DNA of 62,925 bases, counting the filler, from Vannella sp. (lineage: Eukaryota): the NCBI GenBank assembly GCA_023345925.1. It is 8 parts of 8 records of this genome, joined end to end, with 100 filler letters (N's around TTAATTAATTAA, not from the genome) between each part and the next. Parts side by side here need not be neighbours in the genome. Positions count along the whole stretch, not along the records: positions 42,428 to 52,998 come from JAJQQN010001202.1; positions 53,099 to 58,100 come from JAJQQN010000314.1; positions 58,201 to 62,925 come from JAJQQN010000959.1; 5 more parts are not named here. One strand, 5' to 3'. Made by a program: the position numbers and the translations under genes. Of the stretch, positions 47,909 through 58,235 are shown in pieces (positions within the stretch are counted from its first letter, which is position 1; each line of letters opens with the position of its first letter). Under the pieces are notes generated by a model, which was not told where the DNA came from, made no database searches, and saw nothing but the letters and a program-made list of their open reading frames with translations.

Positions 47909-49525
47909 TCATTGGGACAGAGGAGGAATAGCGTTGGAGGCTTCATCGTCGAGGTCTAATCCCACAAAGATGGTTCCAGGCCACTCGCTCTGAATAGTCT
48001 TCCAAAAGAGGAAGCGACTGTCATGAGGAGTGGAAGAGAGAAAGTGAATTTGGAGGGAATCGACTTCTTTCTGACCGCGCCAAACTCGAATAGGCTGGGT
48101 AGTGGCCGCGGGAAACACAAAAGAGAAGCTGAGAGACTCTGTGACTTGATGTTTCTCATCTAAAGCGTATAAATACCCGTCTCCACATGGCAGAGCGCCG
48201 CGTTCCCCAATGCGATTGACCTTTTCTATTTCCTCCCATCGCGGAGTGCCAATGCGAAGATGCCTGAGAGGAATATACTGAAATAAGACCTCTCCTTTCC
48301 TTTTTTGAGCCACAGAGAAGAGAGCACCGTCTCGGATAAGGCCCGACCATGTCGCTCCCTCTTGCCCCATGAATTGGAGGGGGCACAAGAGCGACTGGCT
48401 TGTCATTCGAGTGCAGTTCTCCAAGGGACTGACGAGTTCCAACAGTCTAGACTGGGCTCTCTCCATCAGAACACAGTCTTGAAGAGGGATTGTCGTCGAG
48501 TTCCATTTCACACTAACCCGGTCCCCCGTTGGGATGAACCGACGTGAATACCTATCAAAGACCTCCGCGCCCTCCAAAGCAGTCCCTCCAATAACGAGAA
48601 TGGACCCATCCGACATGGGGAAGCTGATATGCAGATTCCTCGTTGTAGCCATCCTGATCGGTTCAGAGGCACCCGACAGGTGTTCAGGAGCATCCAGATC
48701 AATCACCAATGCAGATGAGATCAAGGAATCGGCGGCGAACACCTTGGTGGAGTGCTTCCCGCCAGATACTAGAAGAAGAGGCTTTCCTGTGCGTGGGTGG
48801 AAGAATGCGGATGCAGAGTGATAGATACGGCCTTTGGCGTCGTTGAATGAGCTCTCGGTCACGCAGCTGTTGCGAGAGCAGCTGAATACGACCCATCCTG
48901 TGTGGAGAGCCTCGTTGGCGAATCTTCCGCCACAGAGGAACAGGAACTCCTCCTCTTCATAGGAGTACGTGCATGAGGCAAAGTCGAGTATCTTCCTGCC
49001 ATTGGTGAAGCTGTAAGAAGACGGGACAAACTCCCATCCTCCAGAGGGAGATGAAAGTGGCCCGTGGAGGTGGTAAAGGTATCCCAGCGAGTCAATGATG
49101 ATATGGGAGCCATTAGAGAGCGTCCAGTGTCTTGTTAAGATACCCCGCGGGACAGAGTGGAACGTATCGTAGCCACTTCCATCCAGTTCGCCGTCCTTGG
49201 AAGACTTTTCTTGCGGATGCTCGACAATACGGATCGTGCAACATTCAGAACGCATAGTATAAGAGAAGAGAAGTAAAGAGTCTTCCTGGGGGACGTAGAG
49301 AGCGTACTGGGCTTCAGGAAAGCGACAAAGAGTCATCCGACGGGGGTTGGCAACTCGTTCCCAGACCTCTCCCCACGAACAGCCGAACTGTTCACAACGG
49401 AAGTAGCTTCCGATAACTTCCTTCCACTCTCTCCCAACTAAAGCGAGTCGAAGAAGCTCACGAGGAGCCAGCCTTCTCAACACTTCGACCCAAACCTCCA
49501 CTGGCAGGTCACTCCATTCGACCAT
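47909..49525 (-). CDS. F-box protein with Kelch-like beta-propeller repeats
   Basis: WSDLPVEVWVEVLRRLAPRELLRLALVGREW; repeated hhhhGG motifs (LFLCGG, LLVSGG, LVIGG), RIYHSA, AEVFD. Confidence 0.82.
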   Translation of the reverse strand: MVEWSDLPVEVWVEVLRRLAPRELLRLALVGREWKEVIGSYFRCEQFGCSWGEVWERVANPRRMTLCRFPEAQYALYVPQEDSLLLFSYTMRSECCTIRIVEHPQEKSSKDGELDGSGYDTFHSVPRGILTRHWTLSNGSHIIIDSLGYLYHLHGPLSSPSGGWEFVPSSYSFTNGRKILDFASCTYSYEEEEFLFLCGGRFANEALHTGWVVFSCSRNSCVTESSFNDAKGRIYHSASAFFHPRTGKPLLLVSGGKHSTKVFAADSLISSALVIDLDAPEHLSGASEPIRMATTRNLHISFPMSDGSILVIGGTALEGAEVFDRYSRRFIPTGDRVSVKWNSTTIPLQDCVLMERAQSRLLELVSPLENCTRMTSQSLLCPLQFMGQEGATWSGLIRDGALFSVAQKRKGEVLFQYIPLRHLRIGTPRWEEIEKVNRIGERGALPCGDGYLYALDEKHQVTESLSFSFVFPAATTQPIRVWRGQKEVDSLQIHFLSSTPHDSRFLFWKTIQSEWPGTIFVGLDLDDEASNAIPPLSQ

Positions 49526-49621
49526 TCCCCCACAAATGACTCTCAAAGTCCCTCCCAGCACGTACACTCAACTTAGAAGATGTTTGGATCGGTTTGGAAG
49601 CAGTTCTGAGTCATTTGTTGG

Positions 49622-50731
49622 ATGAGCGGGGACGGGAACGGCGCTTCCTTGGGGTACGCGCAGGTGGTGGGCGATGTCTCGTACGAAGAGCTCTTGGCCA
49701 AGCATAGGTCACGCGCTGAGAGGTTTGGGGTGCAGACGAAAGAGCCTGTCTTCCCAGGGAGCATTCCCGAACACAAACGCCACGTGAACCTCTTAAAGGG
49801 CTCCTCCCTCGTTGAGCAGGTCGATCTTCCTTTAGAGGACATCGTCTCTAAAGAGAAGAGAGCTCTTAGAGAGCAGCGCTTTGGCTCTGTTCCTGATACA
49901 GAGCTCGGAAACTCTCCCTCCAATGGTCTCTCGTGGAAAGCGGTTGCCTTCCGTACGTTGGCGCAGGTCTACTGTCGACAGAATGGCCTTCCTTTTGACA
50001 GCTCCCTCAAACTGCCAAAGGAAGCCGTTCGCGTACAAACAGAGACTTCTGTCCAACGGCCCACTTCTCTTCACTTGTACGGAGTGGACGAGCTCAAAAC
50101 GCCTCAACTGTTCGACTTCTTTGCGTTGTACCCTCCTGACTTCATCGAATGGCTCGACGATTCGTCCTGCAATGCGGTCTTCAGTGATGAGGCTGCGGCG
50201 GAAGGTGCCCTTGAAGCCCTTTCGTTCCCTATTCCAGAGGGAGTTGATCTCTTTGATGAAGAGGAGGTTCATGTTGAAGAAGCTACTTCTGTGAAGATAC
50301 CAGAGTGTCTGGATGACGTTGTGATGGATGATGAGCAAGCAACACTCACCACCGGTGGAATAGCAACCGTTGTTATGAGCAGAGAGGATATAGAAGACAG
50401 TGTTGCATCATGGAGAACCTCAAGGACAATCAACAAGCCGCAAGTGACGATCATGGTGAGAAGGTCAACTGTGGATGACAAACGGCCAGACTTTCAGACG
50501 CGATTACAGCGGTACCAAGAAAGGGCTGGTATCGATGCTTCTCGCAGATCAAGAAAGAATCGCAGACGAAGCAGGAGAGGCCCTTATGATCGACCCCAAA
50601 GCCCCAAACCAACAGAATCCGACACAGACGGAGTCCCTCTGGACGAAGAGAGCCAGATCCGCGCAAAGCGCATGGGCCAATCCATCGGTGCCATCCTCCG
50701 GGGAGAAGAGCAACCAAACGAACCCAAATAG
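49622..50731 (+). CDS. NCBP3: Nuclear cap-binding protein subunit 3
   Basis: RAERFG; atypical RRM LHLYGVDELKT..F..YPP..IEWLDDSSCNAVF; WR..MVRRSTVDDK. Confidence 0.88.
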   Translation: MSGDGNGASLGYAQVVGDVSYEELLAKHRSRAERFGVQTKEPVFPGSIPEHKRHVNLLKGSSLVEQVDLPLEDIVSKEKRALREQRFGSVPDTELGNSPSNGLSWKAVAFRTLAQVYCRQNGLPFDSSLKLPKEAVRVQTETSVQRPTSLHLYGVDELKTPQLFDFFALYPPDFIEWLDDSSCNAVFSDEAAAEGALEALSFPIPEGVDLFDEEEVHVEEATSVKIPECLDDVVMDDEQATLTTGGIATVVMSREDIEDSVASWRTSRTINKPQVTIMVRRSTVDDKRPDFQTRLQRYQERAGIDASRRSRKNRRRSRRGPYDRPQSPKPTESDTDGVPLDEESQIRAKRMGQSIGAILRGEEQPNEPK

Positions 50732-51009
50732 AAAGATCCTTTTCCTCACACTCCCTCCGTCCCTTCCTTCTTCTTCAGCGTCACCTGAGCTTCTTAACAC
50801 TACCTTTGCCAACATGCGCATCACACAAACCACAAACGAAAGCCGAAAGAGCCTCTGGAGAGTTCTAAGTTTGGGCGGGAAAAGCAGCGAGCCGTTGAGA
50901 TTGTCTCATTATGACGTGTTTCAACGGACGCTGAGCAGTTGGGGGTATAAAGAGGCTCTTTAGAAGCCAGAGTCATTCATCAAACAGATCACTGTTCGAT
51001 TACTAAGCT

Positions 51010-52317
51010 ATGGACTTCTCTATGACTTCCTCCCCTCGCCCCGACCGATTCATTTCCACTCGCAAAGACATTGATGTGGACATGTCCCATCATCGCCTTA
51101 CCAACGAGAACGTGGATAACACCCGTACTCCCCCCATGTACAAGAACTTGGAGAAAAGCCTCTTCGCCTCGGAGGGGAACAAGGTCTTGACATTCAAACA
51201 GAAAGCGCCCGTTCCCAAGACTGCTGGCAGTGACATGGCAGCCATCTACAGCTGTTCTACACGTGTCAAGAAGTCCAGCTCGTCCGCCCCCACTCGCCAC
51301 ATCGCCACTCAGCCAGAATTGACATTGGAAGCCCCCAACTTGGTGGATGACTATTACCTCAATCTGCTGGACTGGAGCTGCCAGAACGTGCTTGCCATTG
51401 GTCTTCGCAATGAAGTCTTCCTTTGGAATGGCTCCAACGGCACAATCGACAAGATTGACTGCCTCAGCAATGAGAATGCCTTGGTCACTTCTGTCAGCTG
51501 GACTGCTGATGGCTCCCATTTGGCCATTGGTACTGATGAGAACACTGTACAGCTCTGGGATGCTACTCGCATGACTCGTGCCCGCACCCTGACAGGACAC
51601 AGTGGTCGTGTCTCTTCCCTCGCTTGGAACAAGTACGTGTTATCAAGCGCTGGCAGTGACAACACCATCATCAACCACGACGTTCGTGTTCAGCAACATC
51701 AGCTGTCCACCTTCTGCGGTCATCAGGCTGAGGTCTGTGGCCTGAAGTGGAGTCCCAAGGGCGACCAGTTGGCTAGCGGCGGAAACGACAACTTGCTGAA
51801 CATCTGGGATGCCAAGATGCTCTCCACTCGTCAAGTGACCAAGCCTACTCACTGTCTTACTGCTCATCGAGCGGCTGTGAAGGCCATGGCTTGGGCTCCT
51901 TTCCAACAACATCTGTTGGTGAGTGGAGGAGGCACTGGCGACCGCAGCCTTCGCTTCTGGAACACGTCTACTGGTGTGGAGTTGGACTCTGTGGACACTG
52001 GATCCCAGGTCTGCTCTCTCCAGTGGGCGCAGAACGGAAGCAAGGAGTTGGTCTCTTCCCACGGCTTCGCGCGCAATCAGTTGACTGTCTGGCGTTACCC
52101 CTCCTTGGTGAAGGTCGCTGACAACCTCACGGCTCACTCCAATCGAGTTCTTCACATGTCCCTTAGCCCAGACGGCACCACCGTCGCTACGGCTGCTGGA
52201 GATGAGCGACTCTGCTTCTGGAAGGTCTTTGAGGCCACCTCCAGCAAGAGCAAGTCTGCTTCATCCCAGTCCTCCTCTCGCCCATCCCGCCCTGCTCACT
52301 CCCTCAACATCAGGTAA
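51010..52317 (+). CDS. CDC20: APC/C activator CDC20/Fizzy
   Basis: C-box DRFISTR, Mad2-binding-like KVLTFKQKAP, LEAPNLVDDYYLNLLDWS, WD40 repeats (EVCGLKW, ASGGNDN), C-terminal IR. Confidence 0.95.
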   Translation: MDFSMTSSPRPDRFISTRKDIDVDMSHHRLTNENVDNTRTPPMYKNLEKSLFASEGNKVLTFKQKAPVPKTAGSDMAAIYSCSTRVKKSSSSAPTRHIATQPELTLEAPNLVDDYYLNLLDWSCQNVLAIGLRNEVFLWNGSNGTIDKIDCLSNENALVTSVSWTADGSHLAIGTDENTVQLWDATRMTRARTLTGHSGRVSSLAWNKYVLSSAGSDNTIINHDVRVQQHQLSTFCGHQAEVCGLKWSPKGDQLASGGNDNLLNIWDAKMLSTRQVTKPTHCLTAHRAAVKAMAWAPFQQHLLVSGGGTGDRSLRFWNTSTGVELDSVDTGSQVCSLQWAQNGSKELVSSHGFARNQLTVWRYPSLVKVADNLTAHSNRVLHMSLSPDGTTVATAAGDERLCFWKVFEATSSKSKSASSQSSSRPSRPAHSLNIR

Positions 52318-52998
52318 GTACTAACAGCAGAACAGCCAGTCACCTTCATGCGCATCGTTGCGTCCATCGAGAACTCTTCAGTTCACACCTACAGCAAGGG
52401 CCGATAAGATGTGTCGTCCCAGGACGCACCAACGTCAGCATGGGCCCTTCTTAGTGGAGTGGAGTCGCGTTGCGAGCGCCCCAGAGAGTCCTCGACTTCC
52501 CACCTCGCAGCTGAATAGCTCACGCAAAGCATCTGTGCTTCCTTTCTCAGGTAAGTTGAACCCGCTACCAGACCCAGCACTGACACCACCCCTTTCCACG
52601 TTGTCCGGAGGAATGGAGCTCCACTGGAGCATCCATTGAGGCAACCTCCTTCCCCACTCTTTTGTAGGCGCTCTCGTCTCTTGATCTGGCATAGACTCAA
52701 GGGAAGAGAGCGCACACAAGCTAAAAAGTGGTGGAACACGTTGCCCAACAGCATTCTAATAGCACTTCGACTAAACCCTAAACCCTACTCCAATTGTTAT
52801 TTATCTTTCGCCCTTGGAAACCTACTCACATGCACGACCTCCAGTAGATAAAGGGGAGGAAAATGTGGTGCATGTGTGTTACTGCGTTTGCGTTCGAAGG
52901 AATACGAGCCAGAAAAAGGTACATGTAGTGTGGTAAGAATGATCTATTGGCCGCAGACACGATACATGGCATCTGTTCGGCAAGCGTATTTCCGGCCC

Positions 52999-53098
52999 NN
53001 NNNNNNNNNNNNNNNNNNNNNNNNNNNNNNNNNNNNNNNNNNTTAATTAATTAANNNNNNNNNNNNNNNNNNNNNNNNNNNNNNNNNNNNNNNNNNNN
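52999..53098. other. Artificial contig spacer
   Basis: 100-nt N run with TTAATTAATTAA. Confidence 0.99.
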
Positions 53099-53371
53099 CG
53101 AAGAGCACAAAGTTCAATATTGATGTCTCTGGGCTGCAGTTGGTGTTCGACCGGGAGGTTATCAAGGGATTCTACAAGTTCCTCATCACAGATATCATCA
53201 GTGTGGCCAAGGAGGACCAAGAGAGAGTGAAGAAGAGCAAGGCATTGAAGCTCACCAACTCCACGAAAGGAAAGAGGTGAAAGGGAGGCCTTTACAGACC
53301 CTTTCAAATCGTCCTTGGACCATGGTGGTTGGGATACAGCCCAATTGCAAGAATAAAAGATCATTTTCTTG

Positions 53372-53837
53372 ATGTCCGGGAAAGGAGTTGTCGACGCCGC
53401 GCTCTCGGCAAACGCTGTGATGGTCTTCTCCAAGACGTACTGTCCGTGAGTGAACTGGATCTATGCATGCGATCTTGGACTGAAGCGGAGGGTTGATAAG
53501 CTACTGCGATCGTGTGAAGGCTCTTTTGAAGCAACTCGGTGCCTCCTTTGAGTCCATGGAGTTGGACCAGCGCAGTAAGACTATTGGGCTTCTAAAGAGT
53601 ACCCTCTCATCTCAATGGAACCTTCAGACGATGGATCAGACATCCAAGCCGAACTTGGGAAACTGACTGGCGCCACCTCAGTCCCCCGCGTGTTCATCAA
53701 CAAGAAGTTCGTTGGAGGATGCGATGGTCCGTATATCTACACCCTCTGAACCCACAAACTGACCACACACAGACACGGTGAAGCTCAACCAGCAGGGCAA
53801 GCTTGTGGCTCTCCTCCAAGAGGCAGGGGCTTTGTAA
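53372..53837 (+). CDS. GRX: Dithiol glutaredoxin (CPYC); absent from ORF track
   Basis: Spliced MSGKGVVDAALSANAVMVFSKTYCP|YCDRVK..ELDQR|DGSDIQ..TSVPRVFI..FVGGCD|D..GKL..LQEAGAL. Three introns. Confidence 0.93.
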
Positions 53838-53904
53838 GCAGTCACATTTACTTCAGAACGAATAAAGCGGACAAGATTAACTTCCGTACGCTCGTCCAGA
53901 AGCC

Positions 53905-54665
53905 TTAACGAAGGGGTGGCCAGAGCATGAAGATCGAGATCGCGCTGCTCACCACACCTGTGAGCCCCACGATGCCCTTGTTTGGGGCAATCAACCGTAT
54001 CAAAGGTACCTCTAACTTGAAGCCAGGCACGAGGATGTCCAGGAAGTTGCGAATGAGTTGGAGGTACTCGCTTCGCGGTGTCTTCTTGTCCATGAGCCCG
54101 TTCTCTACAATCTTCCGCACGTTCATCAACAAGGCACAGAGGATACCAAGGAACCAGAAGCGAGCAGAGCGCTTGTCCCACAGAGCCATGTGAGTGTCAT
54201 TGATGATCTTCATCTTGGCCAAGTACACCAGATTGTCATAGAGGAGCCACACTGCGTATCCCAAAGCCTTTCCTAATAGACTATGAGCGTCTCTCCCTCA
54301 TATGAGGCAACTGGACGCACCAAAAGCAAGAAGAAGAGTGAGCGGGTCGCGAGTGCTCTTCATCACGTCCATAAAGGCCACCACAAACTCGACCGACCGT
54401 CCAAAGCGGAAGAGCTTTCGAGAGATTCTGTTCATGGTGAGAGAGGGAAGGCTCACAGAAGGCGAGCTAAAGCTTACATTAAGTGAGCTTCCAAAGCGCG
54501 AACATTTGCCAGTTGAGGATGTTGAGGGGAAGCCTCCCCCAGGAAGTAAGACACTGCTCGAACCTGATAATCCACCAGTCGCATAAACTTGTCACGCCCT
54601 CCACACGTGTTCAAGACATCCGATAACCGCTTCAACTCGAGATAGAGCGCCGACCGGTTCGCCAT
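53905..54665 (-). CDS. PEX11: Peroxisomal biogenesis factor PEX11
   Basis: LNTCGGRDKFMRLVDY, SRKLFRFGR, WLLYDNL, SARFWFLG, VGLTGVVSSAI. Confidence 0.9.
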
Positions 54666-54831
54666 CCCTCCCAAGAAATTATAAATAAATCCACTCTCCT
54701 AACAAGATCACATTTTGATCAACAACAGAAACTTCCAAATCCGATTTCCACAGAAGATGCGCTGATTGGTGGAGAGCGGGACGCTTGTTCCTGCGATCGG
54801 GAAAAAGAGGGTCCACTTTCTTCTGACCCGA

Positions 54832-56342
54832 ATGAGCTACGCGCTTCTTTTGGCGTTGTTGTTCGCTTTGGTGAACTCGGCTCAGTGCCAGTGCACAGGT
54901 AAGTCGAAGGGAGCGTTATGGAAGGGTGCTCATGAACCGTTGTGTAGGGACCCCCAACTTGTTCCCCATCAGCTCGGATGAACCTGTCTTCATCAACCAG
55001 ACTGCCAATGGAAAGCTCTTCTTGCAAAAGTCTGTTTCTCCTCCCATTGCCATTCTCCACGTCTATGGAACCCCCTACGAGATGGGCTTTGCACAAGGAA
55101 CCCTCTTGAAAGAGCAGCTCCAAACCTTCTACCCCTCTGTAGGTCCCCAAGTCATAATGACTCTGAATACTTATAACTTGAGCAGATCTTCGACTACTTC
55201 TACAGCCAAATCAACAAGTACATCTTCTTCCTTCCCGCTTGGTTGAGAAATGCCATTGAGCAGGACGGCATTGCCTTCATTTTGGAGACAACCTGGAAGC
55301 TCACTGAGCCTTTCACACCTCAACACTTCATTGTAGGCTCTCTTTCATTGGACTGTGCGAAACGAATTGACCCCTCTTCTCCCAGGATGAGATGCAAGGT
55401 CTTGCTGATGGCTCAGGATTACCATTTGACACAGTGGTTCAAATCCACATGATCCCAGAGGCTGTCAAGGCACACTGCTCCATGGTGGGCGCCTGGGGAG
55501 CTGCCATCAGCAACACCAGCGGCTCTCTCTACCAATTGCGAGCTTTGGACTGGAGCACTGATGGTCCTTTCCAACAGTACCCTCAAGTTACCGTGTACCA
55601 TCCTGAAGACGGAAACGGTCATGCCTTCTCCATTCTCACCTGGTGTACGTCCAATCCTCTTACTTCCCACCTTCTAACCCCCTCCCAGCTGGCTTTATTG
55701 GTGCCCTTACTGGATACAGCAGTAGCTCTGTTGGTATCTGTGAGAAGGTGTGGTTGAACTACAACGGAACCTCCACCCGAGCAGGAATGCCTTGGGATTT
55801 CGTCCTCCGCGACATTCTCCAGTTCGATGTGAACATTGACTCAGCCCTCAACCGCATCTACAACGCTGCCCGCACTTGCAGCATTTATGTCGGCCTCGGT
55901 GACAGCTCTATCGACCAAGTACGTAACGTTCCCTTCCTCCTTCGTTGCCTGACAAGGGTTTTAGTTCCGCATTGTTGAGTACTCTCAAGAGTACGTCCGT
56001 GTTGGTGACGATGTGAACTTCCTTGAGTGGGACGGTCACCCAAGCATGCAAGACGTGGTTTACCTTGACAAGAGCTACCAGCCCTCTTCCGACCCGTGCC
56101 TTGGATCGCTTCTCCAGAAGTACTACGGCAACTTGGACGCTGTGAAGATCCTGCAATACGTTGCCCCTGTCCACCAGTCGGGTGACATGCACTTGGCCGT
56201 GTACGATTACGCACAGAACTACATGTACGTCGCAAGCGCTTCCCCAGTCCCAGCGAATGGAGATGCTTCCCAAGTCATCCCCGCTTACAACCGCCCCTTC
56301 ATCCGCTTGGACATGGCCTCTCTCTTCCAAGAGTCCCAGTAA
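54832..56342 (+). CDS. Secreted/lysosomal Ntn hydrolase, acid ceramidase/Dcd1-like
   Basis: Signal peptide MSYALLLALLFALV; LHVYGTPYEMGFAQG; cleavage/nucleophile motif H-CSMVGAWG; QLRALDW; VLRDILQF. Five introns. Confidence 0.8.
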
Positions 56343-56394
56343 GTAACACTAAAACTAGTTGCCTAAGAGCTTTCATTTCAAAGGAGCAGCACTC

Positions 56395-57385
56395 TTATGA
56401 TTCCCCCAAACCAGCGGGCATCTCGCCTGTTGCCAGAGCCTGCTTGTACCGTTGAACCTCTTCCACTGAAGTGGCATTCTTAATGGCTTCCATGATCCTT
56501 TCCACTTGCTCTCGCGTGAACTCGCTTGAAACAGTGGCAGCTACTTCTCCTGGAATGAAGGTGTGAGCTTCGACGTCGCCATACTTGGCTTTCGCCTCTT
56601 TCCGTTCCTGCGTGGCATCAGATCACCACAAGGCCAGGTTTGATCGTCCTCGTACCTGCAGCTTGATCTTTCGGAAGTCGAGCATGCGGAGAGTGGGAAT
56701 CCGACTGATGACGTAGATTCGATAGTCTGGCTTCAGAGAGACGGGGTTGTCAATCATGGAGAGATGCGTCAATGACTTGCAACCTCGAAGCGGTTCGATA
56801 TCGCTGAACTCGCTTAATCGGTTGTTGTTCAGGAGAAGCCATTCTAGCAGCGGTAAGCACTTTCCAATATTGTCTGCCAGTCGATTGATGCGGTTGTTAT
56901 GCATAATGAGAGTGGTAAGCTTCCTCAGGACGGGGAAGTTCTCCAGCTTGCTGATCTCGTTATCGGTGAAGTCGATAGTGTCATACTGGTCCTATACGTG
57001 GAAGAAAATCCAGAAAACTAGGGTTACTACCTTACCAGGATCAAAGGGTGCAACACATAGAAAGGGAGTGATAGGGGAGAGAGGAGAGGTTGACATGCGA
57101 AGGTCTCTTGGCTGCGTTGGCAAAAGCACAACGGGATAGCACGAAGAGTCAACTAGCAAGTGGGATGGCGTACATTATGAAAGAAGAGAAAGAATTGAAA
57201 GCGAGAGTGGCCTCTGTACCTGTGTCGCTCCAAGGTTCTCCAAGAACGGAATTTTGTTCCCTTTGCCTCACTTAGCGCCCGCCACAACCCACACCCGTCA
57301 ACCTACCTCGAAGATCCAGCTCGCGGCCCTTTACTGTGTTCACAAAGGAAGGCGCACCCAGGATCAGATCGCTGGTCAGTCTCAT
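56395..57385 (-). CDS. SNRPA1: U2 snRNP protein A'
   Basis: MRLTSDLI..RELDLRG|NKIP.LENLGAT|DQYDTIDFTDNEI.KLENFP, LRRs, YRIYVI..LRMLDFRKIK|..AIRNATSVEEV. Confidence 0.96.
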
Positions 57386-57539
57386 CCTGAGGAGGAACGA
57401 AGAATACCCCAAAAAGGCGGTTTTCACGAATTGAACATTTACAAACAAATTATACAGAGAGATTGGACACTCAACACGGCAATTAACAGGAAAGAGGTTC
57501 GCCCTTTGGGGGAAGGTTGGGAGGATGGCGTCTCCGTAG

Positions 57540-57743
57540 TCAGACGGAAGTGCGGCCATGGGAGCGAGCCATCTCAAAGCGCTCCCAGCGAGTGGTAGGG
57601 TGGCGCTTAAAGTGACCTTCGAAGAAGCGAGCTGCTTTGTCTGACATTTTTTTCTCCATTGCGAGGGCCTTCTCCGCATCCGTAGCTTCTGGTTGTTGTT
57701 CAAATGAAGATACATTCTTCAGTAGTTCAATCACGTAGTCCAT
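57540..57743 (-). CDS. Small hypothetical protein (possibly spliced at 3' end)
   Basis: GCCACCATGG start context, helical-looking MDYVIELLKNV..., CCAAT box about 60 nt upstream. No family recognised. Confidence 0.35.
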   Translation of the reverse strand: MDYVIELLKNVSSFEQQPEATDAEKALAMEKKMSDKAARFFEGHFKRHPTTRWERFEMARSHGRTSV

Positions 57744-58100
57744 GGTGGCCAAGGAAGGAGGAATGACCGACTTTTCCGTTCCCACAGAAACTAAAAACCG
57801 GTAGCCAATCAAATTGTGGCCTTTTGCAGGCTCTCTGTTTGCTGTTGTGCAGCAGGGATGGCACAAGACACTTCATGTGAGGTTCTTTAACGAGTATTTT
57901 CATTACAGTAATCGACATTCGTCTCGGGAGGGGTCGAGAGCCAACTCCCTTTGGTTCGTTAGGTCACTCAGTTGACCCAGGAGGTCGGGGTACTGGGAAG
58001 CACGGTTGATAATGGCTCCCGTGGGAAGTTCGCTCTCGGAGATGGCTCGGAGGAAGGCGAGAGCGTCTGCAAAAGAGTCGAAGGATAAAAGCTTCTCTGG

Positions 58101-58200
58101 NNNNNNNNNNNNNNNNNNNNNNNNNNNNNNNNNNNNNNNNNNNNTTAATTAATTAANNNNNNNNNNNNNNNNNNNNNNNNNNNNNNNNNNNNNNNNNNNN
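58101..58200. other. Artificial contig spacer
   Basis: 100-nt N run with TTAATTAATTAA. Confidence 0.99.
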
Positions 58201-58235
58201 AAAGAGGTCATTTGGTGTCCAGGTGGGTTCGAGGG

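Noticed and set aside
53099..53365. Minus-strand gene start at the contig edge
   Set aside because: Truncated, frame ambiguous, no motif.
57020..57060. TPP riboswitch in the U2A' intron (ACCCTTTGATCCTG on the minus strand)
   Set aside because: The conserved CUGAGA element and the rest of the aptamer core are missing.
57900..58100. 3' end of a gene with a faint TBC-domain-like tail (EKLLSFDSFADALAFLR)
   Set aside because: Too short to support a family call.
11824..58200. Recurring TTAATTAATTAA in N runs as a biological repeat or CRISPR-like array
   Set aside because: Identical 100-nt artificial linkers between contigs.
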